Notes: generated by a model not told the origin, from the sequence alone. DNA of 37,063 nucleotides from Candidatus Tenderia sp. (GCA_043779675.1 JAYWDX010000275.1:1-37063), one strand, 5' to 3'. Numbered from the stretch's first letter, positions 1 to 12,469 are shown. Program-made: numbers and translations.

Positions 1-27
1 ACGTGGGGAGGTGAGATGCAGAGCTGT

Positions 28-894
28 TTACACCGCAATGCCGCGAGAGCGTAACTCCTGCTTGGCCTCCATCGCCAACAACGCCATCTCCAGCTCGGCC
101 TCCCAGTCGTAGGGCTGCACCGGTTTGTCGATCTCGTAACGATTGACCTGGGCAATCGATTCATCGGCATAGATCCGTACCACCCGATTCTCTTCAAGGT
201 TGGGCGAGAGGTCTGGCCATGCACCTTGCATCAGGTTTTCTGGGCAGGCGATGGACCACTCATCAACAATGCGATAGTTGGCGGGCAGATGGTCAAAGGC
301 CTCCTGGCTACCGGTTTGGCGCTCGCCACTGTACTCGTTGGTATGTTCGGTAAAGATGTAGATGATCATCTTTGGTTGGAGCTTGACGATATCCGGGGTG
401 AAATTTTTGGCCATCGGCATCCAGGCAGAGAGCACCACATCCACTGGAAAATCGACATCCGCCAACGTCCCTTCACGCAATTCATAGACAGTAGGGTCAT
501 AAAAATTGGCGATCTGGTTTGGCTTTTCCGCCGGGTCACGCAGACCGATCATATTTGCCCCTTCATGGGCCAGCAGTGTGCCGATGAAACCGTTGCGGGC
601 ATGCAGATCGAGCACCACAGCGTCTTCCGCGACGTGGCGGATGTAGTGCACCAGGGCGCGGTTCTCTTCCCGCAACGGATAATAGTGGGCGATGGTCGGG
701 CCAAACTGCTTGGGATCACGGTCCGGATTGCTGAAGATCAGATTGTGTAGCGATAGATTCGCCATGCGCCGGGTAAAGGGCTGATTCTCATCCCAGGCCG
801 GATGACTCTTCTCCTGAAAAGAGAAGATGCGCTGCATCAGCCCATCAGTGAAGCTCTCCATATCACGCAGTTTTTGAAAACGTTCCGGCATCAT
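28..894 (-). CDS. hypothetical protein, 288 aa, weak Rossmann/methyltransferase-like core
   Basis: Intact ORF with tandem ATG at 894/891. An SD-like GGGGTG lies 8 nt upstream. It starts only 25 bp downstream of the hemE stop on the same strand. VVLDLHARNGFIGTLLA ... VDVVLSAWMPM resembles motif I / motif IV spacing of class I SAM methyltransferases, but the Gly-rich loop is degenerate. I cannot assign a named family. Confidence 0.6.
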   Translation of the reverse strand: MMPERFQKLRDMESFTDGLMQRIFSFQEKSHPAWDENQPFTRRMANLSLHNLIFSNPDRDPKQFGPTIAHYYPLREENRALVHYIRHVAEDAVVLDLHARNGFIGTLLAHEGANMIGLRDPAEKPNQIANFYDPTVYELREGTLADVDFPVDVVLSAWMPMAKNFTPDIVKLQPKMIIYIFTEHTNEYSGERQTGSQEAFDHLPANYRIVDEWSIACPENLMQGAWPDLSPNLEENRVVRIYADESIAQVNRYEIDKPVQPYDWEAELEMALLAMEAKQELRSRGIAV

Positions 895-919
895 TGGTAA
901 GTCACCCCTAAATTTATAA

Positions 920-1984
920 TCAACCGTGAAATTTCGGGCTTAGCTCATGCACTGCCTCAATAAAGGCCTTGGCATGCTCTGGATCGACATGCTGGTGAAT
1001 ACCATGACCGAGGTTAAAGACGTGGCCATTACCACTGCCGTAACTCTCAAGAACCGTGGCGACTTCCTGACGAATCCGCTCAGGTGAGGCGTAGAGGGTA
1101 GAGGGATCCATGTTGCCTTGCAGGGCAACCTTGTCGCCAACACGGCGACGCGCATCACCCATGTCGGTGGTCCAGTCCAGGCCCAGTGCATCACAGCCAG
1201 TAGCGGCCATATCTTCCAGCCACTGGCCACCACCCTTGGTGAAGAGGATGACCGGAACCTTACGGCCATCGCTTACACGGGTCAAGCCAGCAACGATTTG
1301 CTGCATGTAGCGCAGCGAAAATTCTTTATAATCACGCGGGGTCAGCACGCCGCCCCAGGTATCGAAGATCTGTACCGCCTGGGCACCCGCCGCGATCTGG
1401 GCATTCAGGTAACTGGTAACCGACTGCGCTACGGTATCGAGCAGCTTGTGCATCAGGTCGGGGCGATCAAACATCATGCCCTTCACTTTTGAATACTCTT
1501 TCGTGCCGCACCCTTCAACCATGTAGGTGGCCAGGGTCCAGGGGCTGCCGGAGAAGCCGATCAGCGGCACACGGCCATTCAATTCACGGCGGATGGTGCG
1601 CACCGCGTTCATGACATATTGCAGCTCACCTTCGGGATCGGGCACAAACAGCCTATTAACGTCGGCCTCGGTGCGCACCGGCTTGTCAAACACCGGGCCT
1701 TCGCCGTGAGCAAAACGCAGACCCAGGCCCATGGCATCAGGAATGGTAAGAATATCGGAGAAGAGGATGGCGGCGTCGAGCGGAAAACGTTCGAGCGGCT
1801 GAATGGTCACTTCGCAGGCCAGATCGGCATTTTTGCACAGATCCATGAAGCTGCCAGCCTTCTCGCGAGTGGCGCGGTACTCGGGCAGATAACGGCCAGC
1901 CTGACGCATCATCCACACCGGGGTGTAATCAACTGGCTCTCTCAGCAGAGCACGCAGGAAACGATCATTCTTCAATTCGCTCAT
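920..1984 (-). CDS. hemE: uroporphyrinogen decarboxylase
   Basis: [37 protein letters not shown]... is a typical HemE N-terminus, and similarity runs full length. Start re-set to ATG at 1984 (SD GGGGAAG upstream). The ORF-track extension to 2041 runs through an intergenic hairpin. Confidence 0.96.
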   Translation of the reverse strand: MSELKNDRFLRALLREPVDYTPVWMMRQAGRYLPEYRATREKAGSFMDLCKNADLACEVTIQPLERFPLDAAILFSDILTIPDAMGLGLRFAHGEGPVFDKPVRTEADVNRLFVPDPEGELQYVMNAVRTIRRELNGRVPLIGFSGSPWTLATYMVEGCGTKEYSKVKGMMFDRPDLMHKLLDTVAQSVTSYLNAQIAAGAQAVQIFDTWGGVLTPRDYKEFSLRYMQQIVAGLTRVSDGRKVPVILFTKGGGQWLEDMAATGCDALGLDWTTDMGDARRRVGDKVALQGNMDPSTLYASPERIRQEVATVLESYGSGNGHVFNLGHGIHQHVDPEHAKAFIEAVHELSPKFHG

Positions 1985-2010
1985 TACTTCCCCATCCCAA
2001 TCTAATATAG

Positions 2011-2040
2011 GGTGGGTTAGGCGAAAGCCGTAACCCACCA
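2011..2040 (-). other. stable stem-loop between gltD and hemE (possible gltBD terminator or processing hairpin)
   Basis: GGTGGGTTAGGC-GAAA-GCCgTAACCCACC gives 12 bp with one bulge. A second GC-rich hairpin lies at about 2056-2078 (CTGCG.GGG-loop-CCC.CGCAG). Neither is followed by a clean U-tract on the minus strand. Confidence 0.35.
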
Positions 2041-2104
2041 AGCGTGCTCAAAGCGCTGCGCGGGGCAGGCCCTCGCAGAGCAACACAACAAATTTTTTGA
2101 TTTT

Positions 2105-3523
<1,419 letters not shown>

Positions 3524-3635
3524 TTATCCGCTATTTGTTTAGTCCACACAGAACCAAAGCCTGTGCGTTGAGAGGGGTATTGCCAGCGCGGAGGCGCACC
3601 CCATCAACCGGTCGCCCCCTGAGTCTGACAGTCCG

Positions 3636-6600
3636 CTACGCTGCCCGCTGCAGATCACTCAGCAATGAGGCAATGCTCGCGGCCTTGGGTTTGACCAGCC
3701 AGAATCTGCCCACCACATCTTTGAAGTTATCGAGCAACTGCTGACCACGGGCGCTGCCGGTCTCCGCCACAAACTCCTCGATCACACTGCGCAGATGGTT
3801 GCGATGGGCCGCCATCGCCTCGGTGCTGACACGATGGATGTCGATCAGTTCGTGGTTGTACCGGTCAACAAAGCTGTTCTGCTCGTCAAATACATAGGCA
3901 AAACCACCGGTCATACCGGCGCCGAAGTTGACCCCCGTCTGCCCCAGCACCGTGATCAGACCGCCCGTCATATATTCACAGCCATGGTCGCCAATACCTT
4001 CAACAACCGAGTTGGCGCCGGAGTTACGCACCCCAAAACGCTCGCCCGCCAGACCAGACGCAAAGAGCTTGCCGCCGGTGGCGCCATAGAGACAGGTATT
4101 GCCGATAATGGTCGCCTCAAAACTCTTGAAGCTACTATTTTTGTGCGGGTAGATCACCAGTTTGCCGCCGGCCATGCCCTTACCGACGTAGTCGTTGGCA
4201 TCACCTTCCAGATACATATTCAAACCACCGGCGTTCCAGACCCCAAACGACTGCCCGGCGGTACCGTTCAGACGCAACGTGACGGGAGCATCGGACATGC
4301 CCAAATTGCCATGACGGACAGCAATCTCACCGGAGAGGCGGGCGCCGATGGAACGATCGGTATTTCTGACCGAGTAGCTATGCTCGCCACCCAATTTGCC
4401 CTCGATCGCCGCCAGCGTATCCTTGACCATCTGTTCAGCCAAGTGGCCCTTATCAAACGGCTCGTTGCGCGGCTTGACACAGAACTGCGGCTTGCTGCTG
4501 TCACCGGCGTAAAGGATCGGCGAGAGGTCGAGGCCGCGCTGTTTAGCGGTCTGACCTTCAATCACCTGCAACAGATCGACACGGCCGATCAGCTGCTCCA
4601 AGGAGCGTACACCAAGGCTGGCCATCAGCTGGCGGGTCTCTTCGGCGATGAAACGGAAGTAGTTCATCACCAACCCCACTTCACCCTTGTAATGTTCCAG
4701 ACGCAGCACTTTGTCCTGGGTCGCCACGCCAGTGGCGCAGTTGTTCAAGTGACAGATACGCAGGTATTTACAGCCCATGGCAACCATCGGGCCGGTACCA
4801 AAGCCGAAGCTCTCAGCACCGAGGATGGCGGCCTTGACCACATCAAGCCCCGTCTTCAGACCGCCGTCAGTCTGGAGCCGAACCTTGTCACGCAGGTTAT
4901 TGGCACGCAGGGTCTGGTGGGTCTCGGCCAGCCCCAGCTCCCATGGACCACCGGCATACTTCACCGAGCTCAGCGGGCTGGCTCCGGTACCACCATCAAA
5001 ACCGGCGATGGTGATCAGGTCGGCGTAGGCCTTGGCGACACCGGCAGCGATAGTGCCAACACCAGCCTCAGCCACCAGCTTGACGGAGACCAAGGCCGCC
5101 GGATTGACCTGCTTGAGGTCGTAGATCAGCTGCGCCAGATCTTCAATCGAGTAAATATCATGGTGTGGCGGTGGCGAGATCAGGCCAACACCGGGCTTGC
5201 AGTAACGCAACTCGGCGATCAGTTCGTTGACCTTGTTGCCGGGCAGCTGGCCACCCTCACCGGGCTTGGCACCCTGAGCCACCTTAATCTGCAACACCTC
5301 GGCGCTGCGCAGGTAGGCCGGGGTGACACCGAAGCGACCCGAGGCGACCTGTTTGATCTTGGAACGTTTGATGGTGCCGTAGCGTTTTGGATCTTCACCA
5401 CCCTCACCGGAATTGGAACGGGCGCCGAGGCGGTTCATCGCCTCCGCCAGGGTCTCGTGGGCCTCGGGTGAGAGCGCACCAAGGGACATGGCGGCGGAGT
5501 CGAAGCGGGTATAGATCGACTCAACTGGCTCAACCTCGTCCAGCGACAGCGGCGTTATGTCACCCCGTAATTTGAACATGTCACGCAGTGCCAATGGCGC
5601 GCGGCCATTGACCAATCCGGCATAGATCGCCCAGTCACTGAACTCACCGCTACGTACCGCCTGTTGCAGGGTTATTACAACATCAGGGTTATAGGCATGA
5701 TCTTCGCCACCATGTACATATTTAAACAGACCACCCTGACTCATCTGCTTGCGTGCATTCCAGGCTAGCTTGTGCAGCGCTACCTGATCGGCCTCCAGCT
5801 CATCAAATCCGGCCCCCTGAATGCGGGAGGTGGTGCCCTTGAAGCAGAGATCAATAACGTCGCGGCTCAGGCCAATGGCCTCGAACAGCTGCGAACCACG
5901 GTAGCTGCCAATGGTTGAGATCCCCATCTTGGAGATAATCTTGTAAAGCCCCTTGCCAATCCCTTTACGGTAGTTTTCTTCGACCCTAGCCACATCTAGG
6001 CCCACGTCGAGGCCGGTGATGGCCCCGGTTTTAACCATATCGCAGAGGCACTCGTAGGCGAGATAGGGGTAGACAGCAGTGGCGCCGTAACCGATCAGCA
6101 CCGCCACCTGATGTGGGTCACGGGCGCTGGCAGTTTCAACCACGATATTGGCATCGCAACGCAGACCTTCATCAATCAGACGGTGATGCACGGCTCCGGT
6201 AGCCAGCGCCGCATGGACCGGAATCTTCGCTTGGCTAATGTCGCGGTCGGAAAGCACCACCACCACCTTGCCGCTCTTGACGGCGGCAACCGCCTCGTCG
6301 CAGATCGCCTGCACCGCTGCCTTTAGGCCGACCGGGCGATTGAGGTCAATACGCACGTGGGCATATTTAGGATCATCAAGCGCCAACAGCTGCGTAAATT
6401 TACTGTGCGACAACACGGGTGAATCCACCAACAGACGGGCGGCATGCTCTGCCGTCTCCTCAAACATATTCATCTCACGGCCGAGACAGGTCTCCAGCGA
6501 CATGACAATCGCCTCGCGGATCGGGTCGATCGGCGGGTTGGTGACCTGGGCAAACTGCTGGCGGAAGTAGTCATAGGGGGAACGCAGCTGCCGCGACAAT

Positions 6601-8087
6601 ACCGCATGTGGGGTATCGTCACCCATGGAGCCAATCGCCTCCTGGCTGGTCTCAGCCAGAATACGCAGCACCTGATCACGCTCTTCATAGCTGACCTGGA
6701 AGAGCTTTTCGTAGACCTTGAGCCGTTCGCCGCCGAGCGCATCGCTGCAGGAGCCGTGCTCACCACCAAGTTTGGACTCTAGATGGGTGGCGTTAGCGGC
6801 CAGCCACTCTTTGTAGGGGTGACGCCCCTTGAGCATGCTGTCGACATCCGCCGGCAGCAGCAGCTTGCCGGTAAGTGTATCAACCGCCAGCATCTCGCCG
6901 GGCTTGAGGCGACCCTTGGTGACCACATCTTCAGGTTTGTAACCGTAGACGCCGATCTCAGAGGCGATTGTGATGTGGCGATCCTTGGTGATGACATAAC
7001 GGGCTGGCCGTAGACCGTTGCGGTCTAGGGTACAGGCGGCGTAACGGCCATCGGTCAAGACGATACCGGCAGGGCCGTCCCACGGCTCCATGTGCATGGA
7101 GCTGTATTCGTAGAAGGCGCGCAGGTCAGGGTCCATGGAGTCGATGTTCTGCCAGGCGGGCGGCACCAGCAGACGCATGGCGCGGAAGATGTCCATGCCA
7201 CCGGCAAGCAGCGCCTCAAGCATGTTGTCCATGCTGTTGGAGTCAGAGCCGGTCATGCTCACCAGCGGGCGGATGTCGGCCATCGGCAGCAGCGGCGTCT
7301 CGAATTTGTGGCCACGGGCCACAGACCAGAAGCGGTTGCCCTGAACGGTATTGATCTCACCGTTATGCGCCAGGTAACGGAACGGTTGGGCCAGACGCCA
7401 CTGCGGCCAGGTGTTGGTGGAGAAGCGCTGATGAAAGACGGCGGTGGAGGACTCCAACCCCTCTTCGTTCAGCTCTTTATAAAAAACCGGCAGGTTGGCC
7501 GGCATCACCAGCCCTTTGTAGGAGATCACGCGCGACGAGAGGCTCGGCACGTAAAAGACATTATCACTTGGCTCAATCGCCTTTTCGGTACGGCGACGGG
7601 CAATGTAAAGATGGCGCTCAAAATCAGCCTCGTCCATGGCGGCCGGGGCGTTGACAAAGATCTGTTCAATCTGTGGCAGGCTTTTGAAAGACTCCTCACC
7701 ACAGGCGCTCGGGTCAGTGGGCACCACGCGCCAACCGGCGACCATCAACCCTTCCAGGGTCAGTTCGCGCTCCAGTTGTTGACGCGCCAGCGCCGCCTTG
7801 GCGGTGTCCTGACTAAGGAATATCATGCCCACGGCGTAGAGCGGCGCCAGGGTGATCCCCTGCTGCGCGGTCACACCACGGAAGAAACTGTCCGGTTTGC
7901 GCAACAGTAGGCCGCAGCCGTCGCCGGACTTGCCATCGGCCGCCACGGCGCCACGATGGGTCAAACACGCCAGCGCATCAATGGCGGTCCGCACCAGCCA
8001 GTGGCTCGAGACTCCATCCATCTGCGCGATCAGCCCAAACCCGCAGTTATCTTTTTCAAACTCGGGGCGGTATAAACCTTTATCCAT
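3636..8087 (-). CDS. gltB: glutamate synthase (NADPH) large subunit
   Basis: Full-length match to GltB, including the Ntn-amidotransferase Cys ([11 protein letters not shown]) and the FMN and GXGXG domains. Start re-set to [18 protein letters not shown] (ATG 8087), aligning with E. coli MLYDKSLERDNCGFG. No clear SD. Confidence 0.97.
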   Translation of the reverse strand: MDKGLYRPEFEKDNCGFGLIAQMDGVSSHWLVRTAIDALACLTHRGAVAADGKSGDGCGLLLRKPDSFFRGVTAQQGITLAPLYAVGMIFLSQDTAKAALARQQLERELTLEGLMVAGWRVVPTDPSACGEESFKSLPQIEQIFVNAPAAMDEADFERHLYIARRRTEKAIEPSDNVFYVPSLSSRVISYKGLVMPANLPVFYKELNEEGLESSTAVFHQRFSTNTWPQWRLAQPFRYLAHNGEINTVQGNRFWSVARGHKFETPLLPMADIRPLVSMTGSDSNSMDNMLEALLAGGMDIFRAMRLLVPPAWQNIDSMDPDLRAFYEYSSMHMEPWDGPAGIVLTDGRYAACTLDRNGLRPARYVITKDRHITIASEIGVYGYKPEDVVTKGRLKPGEMLAVDTLTGKLLLPADVDSMLKGRHPYKEWLAANATHLESKLGGEHGSCSDALGGERLKVYEKLFQVSYEERDQVLRILAETSQEAIGSMGDDTPHAVLSRQLRSPYDYFRQQFAQVTNPPIDPIREAIVMSLETCLGREMNMFEETAEHAARLLVDSPVLSHSKFTQLLALDDPKYAHVRIDLNRPVGLKAAVQAICDEAVAAVKSGKVVVVLSDRDISQAKIPVHAALATGAVHHRLIDEGLRCDANIVVETASARDPHQVAVLIGYGATAVYPYLAYECLCDMVKTGAITGLDVGLDVARVEENYRKGIGKGLYKIISKMGISTIGSYRGSQLFEAIGLSRDVIDLCFKGTTSRIQGAGFDELEADQVALHKLAWNARKQMSQGGLFKYVHGGEDHAYNPDVVITLQQAVRSGEFSDWAIYAGLVNGRAPLALRDMFKLRGDITPLSLDEVEPVESIYTRFDSAAMSLGALSPEAHETLAEAMNRLGARSNSGEGGEDPKRYGTIKRSKIKQVASGRFGVTPAYLRSAEVLQIKVAQGAKPGEGGQLPGNKVNELIAELRYCKPGVGLISPPPHHDIYSIEDLAQLIYDLKQVNPAALVSVKLVAEAGVGTIAAGVAKAYADLITIAGFDGGTGASPLSSVKYAGGPWELGLAETHQTLRANNLRDKVRLQTDGGLKTGLDVVKAAILGAESFGFGTGPMVAMGCKYLRICHLNNCATGVATQDKVLRLEHYKGEVGLVMNYFRFIAEETRQLMASLGVRSLEQLIGRVDLLQVIEGQTAKQRGLDLSPILYAGDSSKPQFCVKPRNEPFDKGHLAEQMVKDTLAAIEGKLGGEHSYSVRNTDRSIGARLSGEIAVRHGNLGMSDAPVTLRLNGTAGQSFGVWNAGGLNMYLEGDANDYVGKGMAGGKLVIYPHKNSSFKSFEATIIGNTCLYGATGGKLFASGLAGERFGVRNSGANSVVEGIGDHGCEYMTGGLITVLGQTGVNFGAGMTGGFAYVFDEQNSFVDRYNHELIDIHRVSTEAMAAHRNHLRSVIEEFVAETGSARGQQLLDNFKDVVGRFWLVKPKAASIASLLSDLQRAA

Positions 8088-8182
8088 AAGTGAACGATCT
8101 AACCAGTTGATTGTTATAGATTCAGTGACGCTTGCCACCCTGACGCGCAACGAGATGTAAATTCGATGCAAAAGGGGGAAGG

Positions 8183-8212
8183 AGTATACATCCCTTGAGG
8201 CCAGCGGCGCAA
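8183..8212 (-). promoter_or_regulatory. candidate sigma70 promoter for gltBD
   Basis: On the minus strand, TTGCGC-N18-TATACT lies about 95-125 nt upstream of the gltB ATG. Two TGACGC direct repeats (8126-8131, 8141-8146) lie in the putative 5' UTR. This rests on a motif match only. Confidence 0.25.
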
Positions 8213-8252
8213 ATCAAGCCCCGGCCGAAACAGGTGGTTGCAGGCGTGAAAT

Positions 8253-8273
8253 TCCAGCCTAAAATCGGCTGGA
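8253..8273 (-). terminator. weak terminator-like hairpin after the AAA/SPOR gene
   Basis: TCCAGCC-N7-GGCTGGA, 12 nt downstream of the stop at 8285, followed on the minus strand by only ATTT. Confidence 0.3.
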
Positions 8274-8284
8274 TTTAGCGGGGC

Positions 8285-9847
8285 TTAATCAGGCTTGGTC
8301 TCTTCGAAGACGCTGGCAAAGGTGCGCACCCACGGCGCCTTCACTCCCCAGTTGGCGGGCAGCGATTGCGCCGCCGCATCAGCAGCAGCACGACTGGGGT
8401 AACTGCCATAGACTAGCGCAGCCAGACGTTTGCCTTTACGACTGATGTAAAAAACCTCGCTCTGCCCCTGAAGTTTATGTGTCGCTACAAACTGTCTAAC
8501 CTCAGGTTCATCAATAAGCGCCATAAGTTGGAGGGTAAAGTGCTGCGGCTGTTGGGGCTGAAGCCAGCTTTGGTCGTTGCCACTCTCGACCACCTTTGGC
8601 GAACTCTCCTCCGGTGCCTTGACAACCGGCTTGGCTGGCTTAGCGACTGGCTTCACCACTGGCGCTGCGGCCGGGACAGGGGCAACAATCGTTGGCACCA
8701 CACTCGGCGCAGTAGTGATGGGCGGTGTTGAGATGGCAGCGGCGGGCGTAGCCGCTAACACTGTCTGCGGCACCAACGTCTCGTGCGTCGGCTGACTCTC
8801 CAGCTCGCCCATGTTCTGTGGCGGCGCCGCGGCGTCTGACACAACATCAACGCCACTAACAAGATTGCCGTTGGCGCCATCCCCCGGATCGCCCACCTGT
8901 TCGGTCTCTATCGGCGCGGCAATCTTGGCCAGCGGCGCTGTTGTTGGTGGCACGCTCACCCATTGATTGATGCGCTCCTGGAGCAGTAGCACTGTACCGA
9001 CCACAGCAACAGCAATCAGCAGCAGCCCGCCACGCACCAGGGTGCGGCCATTGCCCGTCGCAACGGCACCGCGGGGGCCAGCCTTTTTATTGAGATGCGC
9101 CTGTGCCAGCTCATTAAGTTTGCCCGGCAGGCCACCGCTTTTTTTGTAGAGTCGATCCAGCAGTGCCGCCGTAAAGTGGGACTCCAGCGCCGCATTGCCG
9201 GAGTGCAGCAGTCGATGGTGGATGTAGCCGACCACATCAGTTTCGGCCAGCGGCTCGAGCCGCAAGGTATAGGCCCGCTTGTGCACGAGCACCGGGAACT
9301 TATCTAGCCTGCTGAGTCCGGCACCCTCTGCCGCACCCAGCACCAGATTGATAGCATTGGCACTGCGTTCATCACTGAGGATCTGTTCGATGACAACAAG
9401 CACATCATCAGGCAGCAGGTCTGCATCATCGACCACCACAATGGCACGACGGCCACTGCGCCCGAGTGCTTGCAAGTAACGACCCAGCTCAACCAACATG
9501 TGCTCCAGCTCATCCACCCCTGCCAGGGGCAGGCCAAAGCCATGAACCACTTGGCGCAGAAACTCCTCATGGGTCATCAAGGCGCTGGCGCGTATGTGTA
9601 CAACCTTCCAGCTCTTTTTGGCGCTGATCAGAAAGTCCTGCAACAGTGTGGTTTTACCCGCGCCCAATGGCCCACTGACAAACAGCACTTCACTGTAGGG
9701 GGCCAGATGCAGCAGTTTGTTGAGATCGAGTTTGTAGGCATCATTGACGTAGGTAGCCGCCAGCCACTCATTGGCAAACGGGTCGCGTGGCACCGCGTGG
9801 ACACCAAGATCGAGAATATCGGGGTTGATGTTGAAATTTTCGCTCAT
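8285..9847 (-). CDS. ExeA/GspA-like AAA ATPase with TM helix, Pro/Ala/Val-rich linker and C-terminal SPOR domain (DamX-position protein)
   Basis: Walker A VSGPLGAGKTTLL and Walker B AIVVVDDADLL. TM segment GGLLLIAVAVVGTVLLL. Low-complexity PVVKPVAKPAKPVVKAP linker. SPOR-like C-terminus FTLQLMAL...LAALVYGSYPSRAAADAAAQSLP. ATG at 9847 with GGGG 8 nt upstream; the track start at 9859 is a TTG. Confidence 0.85.
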   Translation of the reverse strand: MSENFNINPDILDLGVHAVPRDPFANEWLAATYVNDAYKLDLNKLLHLAPYSEVLFVSGPLGAGKTTLLQDFLISAKKSWKVVHIRASALMTHEEFLRQVVHGFGLPLAGVDELEHMLVELGRYLQALGRSGRRAIVVVDDADLLPDDVLVVIEQILSDERSANAINLVLGAAEGAGLSRLDKFPVLVHKRAYTLRLEPLAETDVVGYIHHRLLHSGNAALESHFTAALLDRLYKKSGGLPGKLNELAQAHLNKKAGPRGAVATGNGRTLVRGGLLLIAVAVVGTVLLLQERINQWVSVPPTTAPLAKIAAPIETEQVGDPGDGANGNLVSGVDVVSDAAAPPQNMGELESQPTHETLVPQTVLAATPAAAISTPPITTAPSVVPTIVAPVPAAAPVVKPVAKPAKPVVKAPEESSPKVVESGNDQSWLQPQQPQHFTLQLMALIDEPEVRQFVATHKLQGQSEVFYISRKGKRLAALVYGSYPSRAAADAAAQSLPANWGVKAPWVRTFASVFEETKPD

Positions 9848-9914
9848 GGATAGCCCCAATTTTATTCCGACGCCGGGGTGGCAAAAAGCGCTCTGAAATT
9901 AACGGCCTGTGGCA

Positions 9915-10178
9915 CTATTGCTCAGCCTCCTGCGCCTGCTGTCCTTGTACAAACACCACTCGATAACCACGCTGCACCTGGGCATCACGGCCAGAGATCA
10001 ATGCTGCCTCGGCCACCTCGCGGCTGCCGTAGTGTTCGCGCTTGACGCGGCCACTGCTGCCCTGAAACCCCCACTCCTTCACCAGCGACCACCCTTCGAG
10101 CAGATCTTTTTGCAGGATCAGATGATAAAAACGGGGAGGTTTATCCTCGAGCGCCGGAATCTGCATATAGACACGCAT
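9915..10178 (-). CDS. WGR domain-containing small protein (87 aa)
   Basis: RFYHLILQKDLLEGWSLVKEWGFQGSSGRVKREHY...QRGYRVV matches the stand-alone proteobacterial WGR pattern (RFY.L.LQ.DL.GGW.L..EWG..G..G). It starts 10 bp after the dGTPase-like stop. Confidence 0.7.
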   Translation of the reverse strand: MRVYMQIPALEDKPPRFYHLILQKDLLEGWSLVKEWGFQGSSGRVKREHYGSREVAEAALISGRDAQVQRGYRVVFVQGQQAQEAEQ

Positions 10179-10188
10179 CAGTTACTTT

Positions 10189-11355
10189 TCACCAGGTTAA
10201 CGCGGCGGGATCGAACATGCGCCCGTATTCACGAATGGCATAACGGTCAGTCATACCGGCAATGTAATCGGCAACGGCGCGGGCGCGCCCCTCTTCACCA
10301 CGCTGCGCTTCAAAGGCGTCAGCCTCGCGTGCCGCCTCAGGCGGCAGCAGTTTTGGCTCCGCCATGAAGATGCCAAAGAGTTCACGAATGACACGACCCG
10401 CCTTGGTGGTCATGCGCTGTACGCGGTAGTGCTGGTAGAGCTGGCGGCGCAGGAACCGTTTCATCTCAAGATTAAACTCATTCATCTCATCACTAAAACA
10501 GATCAACGCCCCGTCCATCGCCCTGACGGCGTCGATCGATTCGGGCTGGGCAGCGCCAAGGTTGGCGCGGGCGTTGTTGATAAGGTCGGTGACCTGCATG
10601 TTGATCATGCGGCGGATGATCTCATGGATGCGCCGCCGCCCAGCCAACTCCGGGTAGCGTTTCATCACCACCTCATACTGCTGGCGGAACAGCGCCACTT
10701 CGCAGAGCTGTTCGATTGTGATCAAACCAGCCCGCAGGCCATCATCAACATCATGGTTGTTGTAGGCGATCTCGTCGGCAACATTGGCAAGCTGTGCCTC
10801 CAGACCCGGCTGATGGCGCCGCAGAAAGCGCTGCCCAAGCTCAGCCAACCCCTTGGCCTTGTCGGGGCTACAGTGTTTGAGAATCCCTTCGCGGGTCTCA
10901 AAGCTAAGGTTAAGGCCACGAAAATCGGCATATTTCTCCTCCAACTCATCCACCACACGTAGCGACTGAAGGTTGTGTTCAAAGCCGCCATAGCCGCGCA
11001 TACACTCGTTGAGCACATCCTGACCGGCGTGGCCAAACGGGGTATGGCCGAGATCATGGGCCAGGGCGATCGCCTCGGTCAGGTCTTCGTTGAGTTGCAG
11101 GCAGCGGGCAATCGAACGACCGATCTGCGCCACTTCGATGGTGTGGGTGAGGCGGGTGCGGAACATATCACCCTCGTGATTCACAAAGACCTGGGTCTTG
11201 TATTCAAGACGGCGGAAGGCGGCGGAGTGCACGATACGGTCACGGTCACGCTGGTATTCACTGCGATAGCTCGGCGGTGCCTCACTAAAGCTGCGGCCGC
11301 GTGACTGCTCGGGGTGCGCCGCATAGGGGGCGAGACGCATGTCGCTGTCGGCCAT
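10189..11355 (-). CDS. dgt: deoxyguanosinetriphosphate triphosphohydrolase-like HD-domain protein
   Basis: [26 protein letters not shown]...[15 protein letters not shown]...[13 protein letters not shown]...NHDVDDG are dGTPase-family HD motifs. ATG at 11355 with GGAG 8 nt upstream, 13 nt after the aroB stop. Confidence 0.9.
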   Translation of the reverse strand: MADSDMRLAPYAAHPEQSRGRSFSEAPPSYRSEYQRDRDRIVHSAAFRRLEYKTQVFVNHEGDMFRTRLTHTIEVAQIGRSIARCLQLNEDLTEAIALAHDLGHTPFGHAGQDVLNECMRGYGGFEHNLQSLRVVDELEEKYADFRGLNLSFETREGILKHCSPDKAKGLAELGQRFLRRHQPGLEAQLANVADEIAYNNHDVDDGLRAGLITIEQLCEVALFRQQYEVVMKRYPELAGRRRIHEIIRRMINMQVTDLINNARANLGAAQPESIDAVRAMDGALICFSDEMNEFNLEMKRFLRRQLYQHYRVQRMTTKAGRVIRELFGIFMAEPKLLPPEAAREADAFEAQRGEEGRARAVADYIAGMTDRYAIREYGRMFDPAALTW

Positions 11356-11368
11356 CACTGATTCTCCA

Positions 11369-12469
11369 TTAAATGCGGCACTGCTCCAGCGTGGCTGCCA
11401 GCAGGGCAGGGGCAAACTCATCGGTCACTGTCGCCGCGCCGATGCTGCGCAGCAGCACCAGGCGGATGCGGCCATCCTGCACCTTTTTGTCAACTGCCAT
11501 CAACGCCATCATGCGCTCAACCGATAACGTCTTTGGTCCACGCACCGGCAACCGGGCCTGCACAAGCAATGCCTCGATACGTGCCACGTCGGCCTGACTG
11601 AGCCAACCCAAACGGCAGGAGAGATCGGCGGCCATGTAGGTGCCCGCCGCAATGGCCTCGCCATGCAGCCACTCGCCGTAGCCCATGCCGGTCTCGATGG
11701 CGTGGCCAAAGGTATGGCCGAGATTAAGCCAGGCACGTACGCCGTGTTCATGTTCATCGGCGGCCACTACCTCAGCCTTGTTCTGGCAAGAGCGCTCCAC
11801 GGCGTAGACCAGCGCCTCGGGATCACGCGCCAGCAACTTGGCCATGTTTTGCTCCAGCCAAAGGAAAAATTCGCGGTCACGAATCAGACCATACTTGATC
11901 ACCTCGGCAAGGCCAGCGCTGAACTGCCGATCATCAAGTGTATCGAGCGTGGCAGTATCGGCGATGACACAGCGGGGCTGGTAAAAGGCGCCAATCATGT
12001 TTTTGCCGAGCGAGTGGTTGACGGCGGTCTTGCCGCCAACAGAAGAGTCGACCTGGGCCAGCAGGGTGGTTGGTATCTGCACAAAGGGGACACCACGCTG
12101 GTAACAGGCGGCGGCAAAACCGGCCATGTCGCCGATGACGCCGCCACCGAGGGCGACGATGGTCACCTGGCGGCTGAAACGTTGCTCCAGCAGTGCCGAG
12201 AAAATATCGTTCAGCACCTCAAGGGTTTTGTACTCTTCACCATCGGGCAGGATCACCGTTCCGACCCGATAACCCGCGAGCATAGCCATGACTCGATCAA
12301 GGTAGAGCGGCGCCACCGTGGTATTGGTCACTACCATCACCTCGCGGCCGCTGATGTGGGGTGTCAGCAGCTGCGCCTGACCCAGCAGGCCATGGCCGAC
12401 GTAGAGCGGATAACTGCGTTCCGCCAGCGCCACATGGAGTTTTTTTAGCTGCACATTATCAGTTGTCAT
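11369..12469 (-). CDS. aroB: 3-dehydroquinate synthase
   Basis: Full-length AroB similarity ([26 protein letters not shown]). The start overlaps the aroK stop (ATGA). Confidence 0.96.
   Translation of the reverse strand: MTTDNVQLKKLHVALAERSYPLYVGHGLLGQAQLLTPHISGREVMVVTNTTVAPLYLDRVMAMLAGYRVGTVILPDGEEYKTLEVLNDIFSALLEQRFSRQVTIVALGGGVIGDMAGFAAACYQRGVPFVQIPTTLLAQVDSSVGGKTAVNHSLGKNMIGAFYQPRCVIADTATLDTLDDRQFSAGLAEVIKYGLIRDREFFLWLEQNMAKLLARDPEALVYAVERSCQNKAEVVAADEHEHGVRAWLNLGHTFGHAIETGMGYGEWLHGEAIAAGTYMAADLSCRLGWLSQADVARIEALLVQARLPVRGPKTLSVERMMALMAVDKKVQDGRIRLVLLRSIGAATVTDEFAPALLAATLEQCRI

Noticed and set aside
3795-5471. 558-aa plus-strand ORF. Similar long ORFs occur at 7092-7910, 6444-6782 and elsewhere.
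   Set aside because: These lie entirely antisense to gltB, whose minus-strand product is collinear with E. coli GltB. The translations are low-complexity and Arg/Gly/Ala/Thr-rich, as expected of shadow frames in GC-rich DNA.
10189-11355. dGTPase-like gene as an anti-phage dNTP-depletion defence gene
   Set aside because: It is translationally packed inside the aroK-aroB operon. It shows no obvious compositional break, no flanking mobile or defence genes, and has the usual size of the housekeeping type-2 dGTPase-like family. I kept only the WGR pairing as a low-key finding.
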